Origin: Candidatus Woesearchaeota archaeon
GTDB taxonomy: Archaea; Nanobdellota; Nanobdellia; Pacearchaeales; GW2011-AR1
Reading direction: 5' to 3'
Assembly (NCBI GenBank): GCA_964468545.1
Contig: CAYXTT010000002.1
Span: forward strand, 1-32,359
DNA: 32,359 nucleotides
In this document: piece by piece, positions 5,432 through 14,340 of the stretch
Position numbering within the stretch: position 1 is the stretch's first letter
How the letters are laid out: every line of letters starts with the position of its first letter
Notes under the pieces: generated by a model
What the model saw: only the letters and a program-made list of their open reading frames with translations
What the model was told of the DNA's origin: nothing
Database searches by the model: none
Program-made: the position numbers and the translations under genes

Positions 5432-6523
5432 ATGGACGAAACACAAAAATTTGAACTCGAAACTTTAGTTGAAGAACTCGAAGGTTACCGAGGACGACAC
5501 ACAGAACTAATCACAGTCATGGTTCCAGCCGGAGCAACGCTAACCCAAACAACAAAACAACTCGAGGACGAAAAAGGAACCGCGACAAACATTAAGTCAG
5601 CAGGCACACGAAAAAATGTAATCAATGCGTTAGAACGAGCAACCCGAAAATTAAAAGAAATAGAAAGAACCCCGCAAAACGGACTCGCAGTTTTCTCTGG
5701 CAATGTAATTAAAAACGGAAAAGAATCTCTCGAGGTTTGGGCAATCGAACCACCAAAAAAACTCAAGGTAAAAATTTACCGATGCGACCAAACATTTGTT
5801 CTCGAACCGCTAAAAGAAATGCTCGAGACAGAAGAAGTTTATGGACTTTTAATTATTGAACGAAATGAAGCCTCAATTGGAATTCTCGACGGCAAAAATA
5901 TAAAACTTCTGCAAAACATGACCTCCGGAATCCCAGGCAAAACACGAGCCGGCGGGCAATCATCTCAAAGATTCGCACGAATCAGAGAATCAATGGCAAA
6001 AGAATTTTTCAAGCGAGTGGCCGAAGCGGTAAAAAAACATTTTTGGGACAATAAAAAATTAAAAGGAATATTAGTCGGCGGACCAATCCCGACAAAAGAC
6101 GAATTTCTCGATCAAGGACAACTCGTAACAGCACTCAAGGAAAAAGTAATCGCGGTAAAAGATTTGGGCGGCACCGGAATACACGGACTCGAAGAACTCG
6201 TCGAACTTTGTCAGGATGTTTTATCCGAACAAGAAATTACAAAACAAAGACAGATTTTAGACATCTTTTTTGAAAAACTTGCAAAAGAACCAAATAAAGT
6301 TTCATATGGCGAAGCCGAAGTCGAAGACCGATTAAACCGAGGTGCAGTCGAAAAATTGATCATATCAAAATCACTCCCAAAAGAAAAAATCAAATTCCTT
6401 GAAAAACTCGCACAAGCATCGTCGTCGGAAATTCATCTCGTTACAAAAGAAACATCAGAAGGAGTTCAATTCGACAATCTCGGCGGGACGGGTGCAATTC
6501 TCAGATTCGAAATCCACGATTAA
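5432..6523 (+). CDS. prf1: Peptide chain release factor aRF1
   Basis: NIKS (TATNIKSAG) and GGQ (RAGGQSSQRF) motifs in a 363-aa ORF. Confidence 0.95.
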   Translation: MDETQKFELETLVEELEGYRGRHTELITVMVPAGATLTQTTKQLEDEKGTATNIKSAGTRKNVINALERATRKLKEIERTPQNGLAVFSGNVIKNGKESLEVWAIEPPKKLKVKIYRCDQTFVLEPLKEMLETEEVYGLLIIERNEASIGILDGKNIKLLQNMTSGIPGKTRAGGQSSQRFARIRESMAKEFFKRVAEAVKKHFWDNKKLKGILVGGPIPTKDEFLDQGQLVTALKEKVIAVKDLGGTGIHGLEELVELCQDVLSEQEITKQRQILDIFFEKLAKEPNKVSYGEAEVEDRLNRGAVEKLIISKSLPKEKIKFLEKLAQASSSEIHLVTKETSEGVQFDNLGGTGAILRFEIHD

Positions 6524-6538
6524 TTATCTTAGCCAAAT

Positions 6539-6548
6539 CTTTTAAAAC
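6539..6548 (+). promoter_or_regulatory. TATA-like box upstream of scpB
   Basis: cttttaaaac lies 20-29 nt upstream of the ATG at 6568. Confidence 0.45.
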
Positions 6549-6567
6549 TTCATTCCCGACAATTTAT

Positions 6568-7113
6568 ATGGAAAAAGAGGATGTTTCTAATACACCTATA
6601 ATTACCGAATCAACTGCCGAAGAACTCGACAATACTTTCGAAGACAAAGAAAAAGATTCCGAAGAAAAAGTCGAAGCCTCGCTTTTCATCGCTGGCCGAT
6701 TTCTGAATCTTCAGGAACTAATTATGCTCACAGACATAAACCCGATAATGCTGAAAGAAATTCTCCACCGCCTCGAAAAAAAATATTCACACGGCGTCCT
6801 CCGCCTAATCAACCGAAACAACTCGTGGAAAATGGATGTCGCAGAAAAATATCATTACCTAATCAACAAACTAGCGACGGGAAACGCAGAATTCACAAAG
6901 GCCGAACAAGAAACTCTCGCCGTAATCGCCTACAAACAACCAATAAAACAATCAGTCATAATAAAAATTCGCGGCAACAAATCTTACGACCACATAAAAA
7001 AATTCCGACAGCTCGGACTTATCACAGCAAAACGCGTCGGCCACACCGTCGAACTCTCCCTCTCTGAAGAATTCTACGAATACTTCAATGTAACTAAAAA
7101 AGAAACCAACTAA
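6568..7113 (+). CDS. scpB: Segregation and condensation protein B (ScpB)
   Basis: EASLFIAGRFL..., YSHGVLRLI and TKAEQETLAVIAYKQPIKQSVIIKIRG match the ScpB double winged-helix pattern. Confidence 0.8.
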   Translation: MEKEDVSNTPIITESTAEELDNTFEDKEKDSEEKVEASLFIAGRFLNLQELIMLTDINPIMLKEILHRLEKKYSHGVLRLINRNNSWKMDVAEKYHYLINKLATGNAEFTKAEQETLAVIAYKQPIKQSVIIKIRGNKSYDHIKKFRQLGLITAKRVGHTVELSLSEEFYEYFNVTKKETN

Positions 7114-7115
7114 CA

Positions 7116-7616
7116 TTAAAGAAAATCCTGAAACGAATTCGGTATAACTCCACTATCATTACAATGATAAACTTTATGAAAAATCTGAGACAATTTCCCA
7201 TCCACCTCCATCCCAAGCCCTTCAACTAATCTCTTATTCTCAATACTCAATTTCAATTGCGGTGCCTTAAACCTACTTGGCCGAAACCCAAAACAACTCT
7301 CAAAAATTTCCATTCCTAATTCTAAATCCTTCAAAGAGACATTATAAAAAAACTCATTATAACTATGCTTAATTCCATGCATTCCAATCTCTTTGTCCAA
7401 AGACAAAATAAAATCACACCACCCTCTTGACTCATTAATCATAACCCCATCAAAATACGGCACAACATAGAGAACATCCGACTTCTCCAAATATTCAACT
7501 GAACAATTCATAAAAGGATTAACATCATCGATATGCCTCAAGCCAATAAATCTTATAGAAAACAAACAAAATAAAAAAATTACCACGACGCACAAAGCCA
7601 CCCAATACCACTTCAT
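7116..7616 (-). CDS. Membrane-anchored protein, possibly polysaccharide-deacetylase-like (DUF2334-type)
   Basis: N-terminal TM helix, then LRHIDDVNP..., MHGIKHSY and FRPSRFKAP, which resemble NodB/DUF2334-type deacetylases. The assignment is from memory of the motifs only. Confidence 0.4.
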   Translation of the reverse strand: MKWYWVALCVVVIFLFCLFSIRFIGLRHIDDVNPFMNCSVEYLEKSDVLYVVPYFDGVMINESRGWCDFILSLDKEIGMHGIKHSYNEFFYNVSLKDLELGMEIFESCFGFRPSRFKAPQLKLSIENKRLVEGLGMEVDGKLSQIFHKVYHCNDSGVIPNSFQDFL

Positions 7617-7634
7617 AATCCCCTCAACAATTAA

Positions 7635-7646
7635 CCTTTTATAATC
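7635..7646. promoter_or_regulatory. Single near-palindromic TATA element shared by divergent genes 7116..7616(-) and the GT2 gene (+)
   Basis: ccttttataatc lies 19-30 nt from the minus-strand ATG at 7616 and 19-30 nt from the ATG at 7665. Confidence 0.45.
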
Positions 7647-7664
7647 ATTTTGATAATCATTAAC

Positions 7665-8897
7665 ATGGAATTTCTAACTATACTTTATTTCATTTACACC
7701 TTCATAGCTTTTTACATATTAATGATTTACGTCCTCACGTACATACAAAACAAAAAACAAATCTACGAAATAGTTCAACCAAACAAAATTCTTCCATTAT
7801 CAATAGTAATCCCATGTTTTAACGAGGAGAAAACCATAGCCAAAAACATAGAGGCGTTCCTCTCTTCAGATTACAATGGCCTAAAAAAAATAATAGTAGT
7901 AGATGACTGCAGCACAGACAATTCATACAATATAATAAAACAATGCGCCAAAAAATATTCACAAGTTATAGCCCTTAAAACACCAAAAAACACAGGTTGT
8001 GCTGCTGGGGCAAAAAATTTCGGAGCAAAATATGTAACAACAGAATTAATAGGGTTCAGCGACGCTGATTCAATACCAAGCAAAAACGCAATCTCTCAAA
8101 TGATAGGATTTTTTAATGACATAAAAACAGGTGGAGTCACATCAAGAGTTTTCGTTTCTAATCCAAAAAATTTTCTTACAAGAATTCAAGCAATAGAATA
8201 CAAGATCATAGCATTCACGAGAAAGCTCCTCGGATTTCTAGATTCAATATATGTTACAAACGGGCCATTAAGTATTTACAGAAAAAAAGCATTCGACCAA
8301 GTCAACGGTTTCGACGCGAAAAATATGACCGAGGACATTGAATTAACATGGCATCTCGTTTCAAAAGGTTGGAAAATACAAATGTCAATCCCAGCGATAG
8401 TCCGTTCTTCTCCCCCGACAACCATTAAGTCTTGGTTTCATCAAAGAATACGATGGAACGTCGGTGGAATGCAAACCGTCGCCAAATACAGAAAAAAAAT
8501 TCTCGAAGTCGGAATGCTCGGTTATTTCATAATGCCATTTTTCATAATGTCCTGGTTTTTAGGGTTAACCGGGCTCTTCTTTTTATTATACAGATTAACA
8601 AGATATATAATAGTTAGATATCTCATAATAAAATATTCTGTCGCGGCACAAGTTGCACTCATAACAATGCAAGATTTAAGTGTGTCCCCGAGTATATTAT
8701 TTTTCTTCGGAATTTTTCTTTTCACAGTAGGATTTGCTTATACAATAACAGCAATGTCAATATCAAAAGAAAAAGGATTCATTACAGGGCACCCCCTCCG
8801 CGACATATTTATATACTCGTTCTTCTATTTACTCATGTATCCACCTCTATTAATAGTAGCATTTTACAAATATATGAGAGGGTACAACACATGGTAA
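7665..8897 (+). CDS. Processive family-2 glycosyltransferase (PgaC/IcaA/NodC-like), multi-TM
   Basis: IVIPCFNEE, VVDDCSTDNS, DADS, TEDIELT and QRIRW (QxxRW), with C-terminal TM helices. The track ORF starts at TTG 7650. The ATG at 7665 fits the TATA spacing better. Confidence 0.85.
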   Translation: MEFLTILYFIYTFIAFYILMIYVLTYIQNKKQIYEIVQPNKILPLSIVIPCFNEEKTIAKNIEAFLSSDYNGLKKIIVVDDCSTDNSYNIIKQCAKKYSQVIALKTPKNTGCAAGAKNFGAKYVTTELIGFSDADSIPSKNAISQMIGFFNDIKTGGVTSRVFVSNPKNFLTRIQAIEYKIIAFTRKLLGFLDSIYVTNGPLSIYRKKAFDQVNGFDAKNMTEDIELTWHLVSKGWKIQMSIPAIVRSSPPTTIKSWFHQRIRWNVGGMQTVAKYRKKILEVGMLGYFIMPFFIMSWFLGLTGLFFLLYRLTRYIIVRYLIIKYSVAAQVALITMQDLSVSPSILFFFGIFLFTVGFAYTITAMSISKEKGFITGHPLRDIFIYSFFYLLMYPPLLIVAFYKYMRGYNTW

Positions 8898-8898
8898 A

Positions 8899-9549
8899 AT
8901 GTTAAAAAGTAAAAAACACGTATTTTGGGAAGCATTATTAGTCACAGTTCTGATATTCTTAATAGGAATTTTCTTCGGAATGCTAATAGAAACAGGGAAT
9001 TCAAATAAAATAAATAACTTTTATATTCGTTCCGAAATAAGTCTCACCGACGCGATGGCCAATTCAAGACTATTAGATAATTCAAATTTAAATTGCGAAT
9101 CTCTAAAAACAAAAAACATAAATTTTGCAGATCAAGTTTACGAAGAAGCAAAATTACTTGAAAAATACGAAGCATCAGGAAAACTAACAGAAGGCATAAA
9201 ACTTCTCCATAAAAAATACGACCTACTAAGAACAATCCTTTGGATAAATAATCAGGACTCATTAAAACGATGCAATAATTACAACCTCATCGTTTATCTT
9301 TACGAATATGAAACAAAACAGGTAGAAAAAAAAGCAACACAAGAAGTTTGGTCAAAAATATTATTAGAACTAAAACAACGACAAAGTGACATATTATTAA
9401 TCCCAATAGCAACAGACCAAAACCTAACATCTCTAAACCTATTGCTTGATCAATACCAAATAAAACAATTCCCAGCATTAATAATTAACAATGATAAAAT
9501 ATTATATAATTTAGAAAGTCCAGAAACAATCCAACCCCTCCTAAATTAG
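8899..9549 (+). CDS. Hypothetical membrane-anchored protein, apparently co-transcribed with the GT2 gene
   Basis: The start is 1 nt after the GT2 stop. There is one N-terminal TM helix (ALLVTVLIFLIGIFFGMLI). No recognisable domain. Confidence 0.5.
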   Translation: MLKSKKHVFWEALLVTVLIFLIGIFFGMLIETGNSNKINNFYIRSEISLTDAMANSRLLDNSNLNCESLKTKNINFADQVYEEAKLLEKYEASGKLTEGIKLLHKKYDLLRTILWINNQDSLKRCNNYNLIVYLYEYETKQVEKKATQEVWSKILLELKQRQSDILLIPIATDQNLTSLNLLLDQYQIKQFPALIINNDKILYNLESPETIQPLLN

Positions 9550-9597
9550 TATATTCCACAACAACATTCCTTAAAAAACAAATTTCTATACAATTTT

Positions 9598-10407
9598 ATG
9601 ACAAGATGCACAATTTGCAAGCAGACACCAGACGAAGTTAAACTTTTCGAAGGGATATCAAGAGACGAGATGATTAATGTCTGTGAAGAATGCGCGAAAA
9701 AAGAAGGAATTCCGATAATAAAAAAACCATCCGAGTCCCAACTCAACAGAGCCAATGAAAGATATACCGTTCGCGAACGAATGGAAATAATGTCCGGCAT
9801 GCGCGATGCAACCGAAATCAGCGAAGACCAAACAATCACACAAGGCAATCTCGCAAGATTAAAAGTCCCGCCAAAAAAACAAGTCAACGAAAATGTACTC
9901 GACAATTATTTTTGGGCTCTTAACATCGCCCGTCGCCGAAAAAAAATCACAGTCAATCAACTCGCCAGACAAACCAAAATCCCCGTCGAAACAATTCAGG
10001 CAATCGAAAAAGGAAAAATCCCAAAGGATTTCGAAGAAATTTTCGCGAAACTCGAATTATTCCTCGACATAAAACTTCTGAAAAACCACAAAACAAAAAT
10101 TAATTTCACGCGAACAAAAGATGAAGAACAGGAAATTTTAAAACAAGTCCACGAAAAAATGGGTTCACTAAAACCAAGCAAATCAAAAGATAGAGAAAGG
10201 GAAATACAATTAAAAAAAGAACAATTAGAAAAATTATCAAAAGGTGAAATTGATTTCTCAATAAGAGAAGACCTTTCAAATGTAACTCTCAACGACCTCG
10301 TCGAAATGAAAAAAGCAAGAGAAAAACAGAAAGCACGAATAGAATTACACCAACAGCAAGAAGCAATGCTCGGCGACGACTTAGATTTAGAAATTGAAGG
10401 ACTATAA
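9598..10407 (+). CDS. Zinc-ribbon plus HTH (XRE/MBF1-like) protein with a charged coiled-coil tail
   Basis: CTIC...CEEC at the N-terminus. The HTH segment is ITVNQLARQTKIPVETIQAIEKGK. The C-terminus is K/E-rich. Confidence 0.55.
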   Translation: MTRCTICKQTPDEVKLFEGISRDEMINVCEECAKKEGIPIIKKPSESQLNRANERYTVRERMEIMSGMRDATEISEDQTITQGNLARLKVPPKKQVNENVLDNYFWALNIARRRKKITVNQLARQTKIPVETIQAIEKGKIPKDFEEIFAKLELFLDIKLLKNHKTKINFTRTKDEEQEILKQVHEKMGSLKPSKSKDREREIQLKKEQLEKLSKGEIDFSIREDLSNVTLNDLVEMKKAREKQKARIELHQQQEAMLGDDLDLEIEGL

Positions 10408-10432
10408 ATTACATTCCAACCCCTTATAAAAA

Positions 10433-10457
10433 TCCGCGTTTTCCGTGTTAGTCCGTG
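10433..10457. promoter_or_regulatory. Second copy of the phased TCCGYG triple
   Basis: tccgcg 10433-10438, tccgtg 10442-10447, gtccgtg 10451-10457, directly after cttataaaaa. Confidence 0.35.
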
Positions 10458-10506
10458 TGCTATTTTCTTACATTAACAAAGTCAATAACTTTCCCCACAA
10501 AGTTAA

Positions 10507-11130
10507 TTATCCCAAATACCTCAATCGCCCCGGTCTCGGCTCATAAATCAAACCTTCCTCTAATAGTTTCTTAACCTCGCCATTAATCACATCAGGACTC
10601 GCTTCAATATCCATAATTAAACTCTCAACATCAACCCCGCCATCAACTTCCGCCGCCTTAATCTTGTCCATAATATTACCTTTCAACCCAGAACTACCGA
10701 CGGGAATATCCTTCCTCGCATTCTGAATTTCCAACTTCCTAACTAACAACCACCTCGAATCAACTTTCTTTACAATCTCGGCGATTACATACAATTCACC
10801 ATTCCACTCCCGCACATTCCCGACAATCTGCAACGTGTCCCCCTGCACAATATCCCGAAACATCTCAACATCCTCCCCGAACGCCTTCAACTTAAATTGT
10901 CCCGACGCGTCATCAACCGTCAATGTCGCGTACTTCTTTTCCCCGTCCTGCACGAACTTGTCAATACAATTCGCAAAAACATTAACCCTCACAACCTTCT
11001 TATCCCCCAACTCCAAAAACAAAAATTTCCCCTCGCTGACCATCGGCCGCCCCTTCAGAATATCCCCAATCCGCAACTTATACGCAACATTCCTCTTCCG
11101 AATCTCCGTCCCAACCACGCCATCCATCAA
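10507..11130 (-). CDS. OB-fold ssDNA-binding protein, RPA32/RPA2-like, with a C-terminal winged helix
   Basis: OB-like core (VRVNVFANCID...ATLTVDDASGQFKLKAFGE...LQIVGNVREWNGELYV) and a C-terminal wH-like segment (INGEVKKLLEEGLIYEPRPG). Lies adjacent to MCM. Confidence 0.55.
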   Translation of the reverse strand: MMDGVVGTEIRKRNVAYKLRIGDILKGRPMVSEGKFLFLELGDKKVVRVNVFANCIDKFVQDGEKKYATLTVDDASGQFKLKAFGEDVEMFRDIVQGDTLQIVGNVREWNGELYVIAEIVKKVDSRWLLVRKLEIQNARKDIPVGSSGLKGNIMDKIKAAEVDGGVDVESLIMDIEASPDVINGEVKKLLEEGLIYEPRPGRLRYLG

Positions 11131-11173
11131 AAAAAATAAACCTCAGGGTTTATAAGAATTTATGAGATTGAGT

Positions 11174-11203
11174 TTAAACCTTCTGCACAAATCCCCACTC
11201 TTC
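11174..11203 (-). pseudogene. Orphan duplicate of the MCM 3' end (encodes EEWGFVQKV-stop)
   Basis: accttctgcacaaa at 11178-11191 is identical to 11331-11344 inside the real MCM terminus (PKRGFVQKV-stop). The offset is 153 nt. Confidence 0.6.
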
Positions 11204-11221
11204 AATGCCACAACCAATCAC

Positions 11222-11330
11222 CAACCCTCCAGCGAAGCTGAGCCATCCATCAGCAAAGCTGATGAACCATCCTTTGACAAAGTCAAAGAGCCATCCAATC
11301 GCAAAGCGATTGAGCCATCCAAGTAGCTAC
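11222..11330. repeat. Tandem stem-loop array, 24-nt period, conserved spacer GAGCCATCC; its last palindrome overlaps the MCM stop codon
   Basis: CAGC-gaa-GCTG 11230-11240; ATCAGC-aaa-GCTGAT 11249-11263; TTTGAC-aaa-GTCAAA 11273-11287; AATCGC-aaa-GCGATT 11297-11311; palindrome GTAGCTAC 11323-11330. Spacers are agccatcc, gaaccatcc and gagccatcc x2. Confidence 0.7.
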
Positions 11331-13360
11331 ACCTTCTGCACAAACCCCCTCTTTGGCCTAAATAAATCCCCTTCCTTCAACAATTTCCCAACAACCTCAT
11401 CAATATCAACTTCACTCATTTTTCCCGCCAACGATTTCGTCAGCTCCTCAAACGGAATCAACTTACCCATCCTCTTCTCCAACTCCTCAATCGCCTCCTG
11501 TACAATATGAATTTTATTCCTCGACGACGCCGAAGTCCCAGTAATCCTGTCAACATCGAATGTCTTCGTATCCTTATCATACCCAACTTGCATCAAATAA
11601 CTCTTAACTAAATTAATCGCCTCAACAGCGTCGACAATCTCAACTTTCTTACTCAACCTCATTCTCGCGTGCGCCTCCGCCAACCGAACCATCGCCTCCA
11701 ACTGCCTCGCTCCAATCGGAATCGGCTTCGACGGCCCGTCCCCAATCTGCGGCATATTCCTCAACCCGACATAAAAATCCTTCATTACCATAACCGCCTC
11801 ATCCGTCAAAACCGGGTCACACTTCTGCCTCGCATAAGAAATATATTTCCTCAACAAATCATTATCAATCACGTCGTGTTTCGCTTCCTGTTTATGCTCC
11901 AACAAAACATGCGTCGCAATCGCCTCGTCGTCCTTCCTGCTCGGAATATCTCTCATAATAAAAATAGCGTCAAACCTCGACAACAGCGACGGCGCCAAAT
12001 TAACCTGCTTCGGAATAGATTGCAACGGGTCAAACCTCCCGAACTTCGGATTCGCTGCCGCCAATACCGAGGTCTGTGATCTAAGCGTCGCCTGAACCGT
12101 CGCCTTAGAAATCGTAACCGTTTGTTGCTCCATCGCCTCGTGCATCGTGCTCCTATCCTCCTCATTCATCTTATCAAATTCATCAATGCAAACAATTCCC
12201 TTGTTAGCCAAAACCATCGCTCCCGCTTCCAAACTCCAGCCCCTCAACAACTCATCCTTAACCACCGTCGCTGTCAACCCTGCCCCAGTCGATGATTTCC
12301 CAGAAACATACCGAGCTTTCGGCGCAACCCCCGCGATAAATCCAAGCATGACAGATTTCGCAACTCCCGGGTCGCCAACCAGCAAAACATGAATATCGCC
12401 CCTCATCTTCGTCCCATCACTCCTCGTCTTCTTTACTCCGCCAAATAACTGAAACGCCAACGCCGCCTTCACGTCCCGATGCCCCCAAATCGACGGCGCA
12501 ATACTATCAATCATCTTCTCCATCAAATGAGGATTCATTGCCAACTCTCGAATCGCCCGCTCATCTTCCTCGCCGATATCAACTTCATCATAACTCTCTT
12601 CCAACGGAATAATATTATTCGCCTCAATCGCTAAATCAAACCGCGTCAAAATCGCTCCCGAAGACGACGACAAAGCAATCTCTTTCAAAATCCCAATAAT
12701 TTTAACCCGCGAACCCGGCGTCGTCCTCATCTCCATATTCGGGTCAACCAAATCCTCTTTCAAAAAAATCGTCATCCTTTTTGGTTGCTCACCCCCATGC
12801 AAATTATCACTCGCCTCTTCAATCGTCAAAACCTGCGCATCAACCATATCCTTCGAAATCTCCTTAAACCCACCACGTCGCCCACACGAACACCTCGTCG
12901 GTTCCTTAAACTTTTTGTCAATCTGTAAAACCGAAATAATCGTCCCACAACTCGGACATTCAAACTTCGCATTCGTAACCAACGGCCGAACCTCCGACGC
13001 CTTCCGCACAATCCCCTCAATCCCAATCATCTTCCCCAAAAATTTCGACCTAATATTCCGAATAAAAAGTTCCTGTCCCTTCGAAATACTAGTAAACCTA
13101 ACTCTCGCATCATTCGGCGCCCACTCCAACTCCTCCAATGCAACCTCAAGCATCTGCACCGTCTCCTCTGGCCTATCAATCAACGCCTCAGACAAACTCG
13201 GAGAATGCGCTGACAAATCATCAAAACTAATCGACACAACTTTCTCGCCCGTCTTCGCAATTCGCCCAACCTCTTTCTTATTAATCTCAAAAAATTCCTT
13301 CGCCTCAATCAAGAACTCATCCTGGTTTATCGCCGCCCTAACTCCGCCATCCTCTTCCAT
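11327..13360 (-). CDS. mcm: MCM replicative helicase
   Basis: Zn finger CPSCG...CSCG, Walker A GDPGVAKS, Walker B CIDEFDKM, arginine finger SRFD and a C-terminal wH domain. 677 aa. Confidence 0.95.
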   Translation of the reverse strand: MEEDGGVRAAINQDEFLIEAKEFFEINKKEVGRIAKTGEKVVSISFDDLSAHSPSLSEALIDRPEETVQMLEVALEELEWAPNDARVRFTSISKGQELFIRNIRSKFLGKMIGIEGIVRKASEVRPLVTNAKFECPSCGTIISVLQIDKKFKEPTRCSCGRRGGFKEISKDMVDAQVLTIEEASDNLHGGEQPKRMTIFLKEDLVDPNMEMRTTPGSRVKIIGILKEIALSSSSGAILTRFDLAIEANNIIPLEESYDEVDIGEEDERAIRELAMNPHLMEKMIDSIAPSIWGHRDVKAALAFQLFGGVKKTRSDGTKMRGDIHVLLVGDPGVAKSVMLGFIAGVAPKARYVSGKSSTGAGLTATVVKDELLRGWSLEAGAMVLANKGIVCIDEFDKMNEEDRSTMHEAMEQQTVTISKATVQATLRSQTSVLAAANPKFGRFDPLQSIPKQVNLAPSLLSRFDAIFIMRDIPSRKDDEAIATHVLLEHKQEAKHDVIDNDLLRKYISYARQKCDPVLTDEAVMVMKDFYVGLRNMPQIGDGPSKPIPIGARQLEAMVRLAEAHARMRLSKKVEIVDAVEAINLVKSYLMQVGYDKDTKTFDVDRITGTSASSRNKIHIVQEAIEELEKRMGKLIPFEELTKSLAGKMSEVDIDEVVGKLLKEGDLFRPKRGFVQKV

Positions 13361-13413
13361 ACCAAAACCACGAAACCCCCACTTAAAAATAAATCTATTC
13401 TACAATCTATATA

Positions 13414-14280
13414 TCAATTCTTCACAAACTCAACCCGCCCAAAAATATTATCCTCACCAGTCGCCCTATAAACTCCAACAAAAACTTCCCCACAAAAAAC
13501 AGCAAAACTTTCACCTTTCTTAATCTTTCCAGAAACAATATTGTTCTTCAACAAAGGACGACCAACATAAAGCGACTTCAATGCCGACTTGTCAACCTCA
13601 ACAACCGGCAAAACTTTCTTAATCGCATCTTCAGCTGACACAACCATTTCCCTTAATAATTTATCATCCCCACTTTTCCACTCCTCAACCGCCCTCTCAA
13701 ATTCATAGAGTGTAACAAGTCGTCCTAATACCTGACACCCGACACCTGACGCCTCGTCGAATATCCCAGCAGATATTCGACGGAGTTCCCCCATGTGCGC
13801 CCCGCCAATCATCTCACCCAAATCCGAACACAACTTCCGAATATAAGTCCCGCCCTCAACCTTGCACTCAAAAAGAAAGTTTTTACCTAAATCATCGTTC
13901 TCAATAAGTTTCCAATAATAAACTTCTCGTGTCCTCTCCTCTCTCTTAACGGCACTCCGATGCGGAGGCACTTGCTTAATCTTCCCAACAAAATTCCCAT
14001 CAATCAACTTCTGCAATTCCTTAATATCACATTCCTTATGCGTCTCCAAAATCCCAACATAAGTTTTATCATGCCGAATAAAATAACCAGCCAACTTACA
14101 AGCTCGCCCCAAAGTAATCGGCAAAACCCCAGTCACCTTAGGGTCAAGCGTCCCCATATGTGACGTCTTGCCCAACCCCAACTCCCGCCGCACAAACTCA
14201 CTCACCGAAAACGACGTCGGCCCAGCAGGCTTATCAATATTAATCAACCCAAAATTCAAAAGTTCTTTAATATCTTTCAT
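13414..14280 (-). CDS. cbf5: tRNA/rRNA pseudouridine synthase Cbf5 (TruB family, H/ACA RNP catalytic subunit)
   Basis: INIDKPAGPTS and HMGTLDPKVTGVLPI, with a C-terminal PUA-like region. The track ORF extends to 14337, only 3 nt from the divergent gene. The ATG at 14280 leaves room for the two TATA boxes. Confidence 0.9.
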   Translation of the reverse strand: MKDIKELLNFGLINIDKPAGPTSFSVSEFVRRELGLGKTSHMGTLDPKVTGVLPITLGRACKLAGYFIRHDKTYVGILETHKECDIKELQKLIDGNFVGKIKQVPPHRSAVKREERTREVYYWKLIENDDLGKNFLFECKVEGGTYIRKLCSDLGEMIGGAHMGELRRISAGIFDEASGVGCQVLGRLVTLYEFERAVEEWKSGDDKLLREMVVSAEDAIKKVLPVVEVDKSALKSLYVGRPLLKNNIVSGKIKKGESFAVFCGEVFVGVYRATGEDNIFGRVEFVKN

Positions 14281-14300
14281 CTCAATCCACCAATCCAATT

Positions 14301-14321
14301 CTTTAAATAGATTTTTAAATA
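14301..14321. promoter_or_regulatory. Back-to-back TATA-like boxes for the divergent cbf5 and surface-protein genes
   Basis: ctttaaat 14301-14308 lies 21-28 nt from the ATG at 14280 on the minus strand. tttttaaata 14312-14321 lies 20-29 nt from the ATG at 14341. Confidence 0.5.
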
Positions 14322-14340
14322 CAACTACATTAAACAAAAC

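Noticed and set aside
11222-11330. Hairpin arrays as miniature CRISPR arrays
   Set aside because: The conserved unit is only 7-9 nt. The variable units are 11-17-nt perfect palindromes with fixed AAA/GAA loops, not unique spacers. No cas genes or leader are present.
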